From Candidatus Pacearchaeota archaeon (GTDB lineage Archaea > Nanobdellota > Nanobdellia > Pacearchaeales > GW2011-AR1): a stretch of DNA of 14,749 bases. The translations under genes and the position numbers were made by a program. How positions within the stretch are numbered: the first letter of the stretch is position 1; each line of letters begins with the position of its first letter. This document shows, piece after piece, positions 13,452-14,749 of this stretch. The notes under the pieces were generated by a model. That model was given only the letters and a program-made list of their open reading frames with translations. It had not been told where the DNA came from and did not search any database. The stretch lies in assembly GCA_050124795.1 (NCBI GenBank), contig JASFEO010000020.1, positions 1 through 14,749 on the forward strand, read 5' to 3'.

Positions 13452-14537
13452 ATGTTAACTAAACAAGAACTTACTGAAATTGTCGAAGAACTGGAAGAAC
13501 ATAAAGGTCGGCACACTGAATTAATTAGTGTTTACATTCCTGAGGGTTATGATGTGAATTCTGTTCAAAAGCAGCTTGAGGCTGAAAAGTCAACTGCGAA
13601 AAATATTAAGTCAACTGCCACAAGAAAAAATGTTACAGACGCGCTTGAAAAAATCGTGAGGCACTTAAAATCATTAAAGAAAACTCCTGAAAATGGCTTA
13701 GCTGTTTTTTGCGGAAATGTTTCAAAAACCGAAGGACAGGATGATTTGCAACTTTGGGATATTGAACCTCCAATGCCGGTAAAAGTTAGACTATATCGCT
13801 GCGACAAGGATTTTGTTTTAGAACCATTAAAAGAGCAACTGGAAGTTGATGAAGTTTTTGGACTTTTAGTAATGGACAGAAAAGAAGCAACAATTGGGAT
13901 TCTCGAGGGAAAAAGAATTGAAATTTTGCAAAACATGACTTCAGGAGTTCCAAGTAAAGTTCGGGCAGGAGGTCAGAGTTCTCAAAGATTCCATCGTATA
14001 ACTGAAGGGCTCACAAAAGAATTTTACAAAAGAATTGCAGATGAAATGAAAAAAATATTTTTTGAAATGCCAAAACTAAAAGGAATTTTAATCGGCGGAC
14101 CAATCCCGACAAAAGATGAATTTATTGACAATGAATATTTAGTAACAAAATTAAGAGAAAAAATAATCGGCAGAATTGACATAGGTGGAAGTGATGAATC
14201 AGGAATAAAAGAACTTGTTGAAAAGGCCCAGGATATTTTAGCTGACCAGGAAATTATTCACGAGAAAAAAATTTTAGAAAAATTCTTTGAAACACTTGGT
14301 GAAAAACCAGACTTGGCAACATTAAAAATTGAAGCAACAAAAAAAGCACTTGAATACGGCGCAGTTGATACCTTGCTTTTGTCAACTAAAACAGAGAAAA
14401 AAATTTCAAAAGAATTATCACAATCAGCAAAAAACACAGGTTCAACAATTGAAATAATTTCAACAGACACAGAAGAGGGCAAACAATTTTTTAACCTTAG
14501 TGGGATCGGAGGAATTTTAAGATTTAAAATTGCTTAA
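13452..14537 (+). CDS. prf1: Peptide chain release factor aRF1, 361 aa
   Basis: GRHTELISVYIP, NIKS, YRCDKDF (YxCxxxF), AGGQSSQRF, GAVDTLLLS and GIGGILRF. TATA ATTATAAA at 13423-13430. Confidence 0.97.
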   Translation: MLTKQELTEIVEELEEHKGRHTELISVYIPEGYDVNSVQKQLEAEKSTAKNIKSTATRKNVTDALEKIVRHLKSLKKTPENGLAVFCGNVSKTEGQDDLQLWDIEPPMPVKVRLYRCDKDFVLEPLKEQLEVDEVFGLLVMDRKEATIGILEGKRIEILQNMTSGVPSKVRAGGQSSQRFHRITEGLTKEFYKRIADEMKKIFFEMPKLKGILIGGPIPTKDEFIDNEYLVTKLREKIIGRIDIGGSDESGIKELVEKAQDILADQEIIHEKKILEKFFETLGEKPDLATLKIEATKKALEYGAVDTLLLSTKTEKKISKELSQSAKNTGSTIEIISTDTEEGKQFFNLSGIGGILRFKIA

Positions 14538-14749
14538 GGTAAATTAGCTAATTTTTCTAATCCATATTTTTCAATATCATCTATGTTCCAAACCATACTT
14601 TGGTTTAGCGTCAGGCAGCTAATATTTTTTGATACAATATTTTTATCTTTATCATATAAATCAAATTGAACACAGTCACTAGCATCTCTTCCAAGTACAT
14701 AATACCCTGCTAACTTTCCTTCATCATTATTAATCTCTTTAAATTCCAT
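14534..14749 (-). CDS. Hypothetical protein (>=71 aa, may extend beyond the window)
   Basis: ORF begins with ATG at the last base of the window. Its stop overlaps the aRF1 stop within TTAA (14534-14537). Confidence 0.6.
   Translation of the reverse strand: MEFKEINNDEGKLAGYYVLGRDASDCVQFDLYDKDKNIVSKNISCLTLNQSMVWNIDDIEKYGLEKLANLP

Noticed and set aside
13565-14482. Minus-strand ORFs 13565-13936 and 14258-14482
   Set aside because: Antisense shadows of aRF1.

Overview
AT-rich archaeal chromosomal window, most likely from a DPANN lineage (Pacearchaeota/Woesearchaeota-like). This is inferred from the fused PriS-PriL primase, the short aRF1, archaeal-type ValRS, aIF5B, NAC and Sec61-beta. Core information-processing genes (N-terminal-only Dph2, aIF5B, tRNA-Ile(GAT), fused primase, NAC, SecG/Sec61-beta, ValRS, aRF1) are interspersed with an MFS transporter, a zinc-ribbon/Hsp20 protein and several orphan ORFs. 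Almost every gene has a TATA octamer starting 29-31 nt upstream of its ATG, suggesting leaderless transcripts. Three ORFs missing from the supplied track were found: 1-372 (+), 9270-9428 (-) and 10065-10226 (-). The most notable unexplained signals are two candidate non-coding RNAs. The first is a ~76-nt element of three consecutive C(UUCG)G-capped hairpins with its own promoter (736-811, +). The second is a ~110-nt multi-stem GC-rich element just downstream of tRNA-Ile (3487-3596, -) that shares short sequence blocks with the tRNA 3' half. No mobile element or CRISPR array is evident. All calls come from reading motifs by eye; no searches were run.
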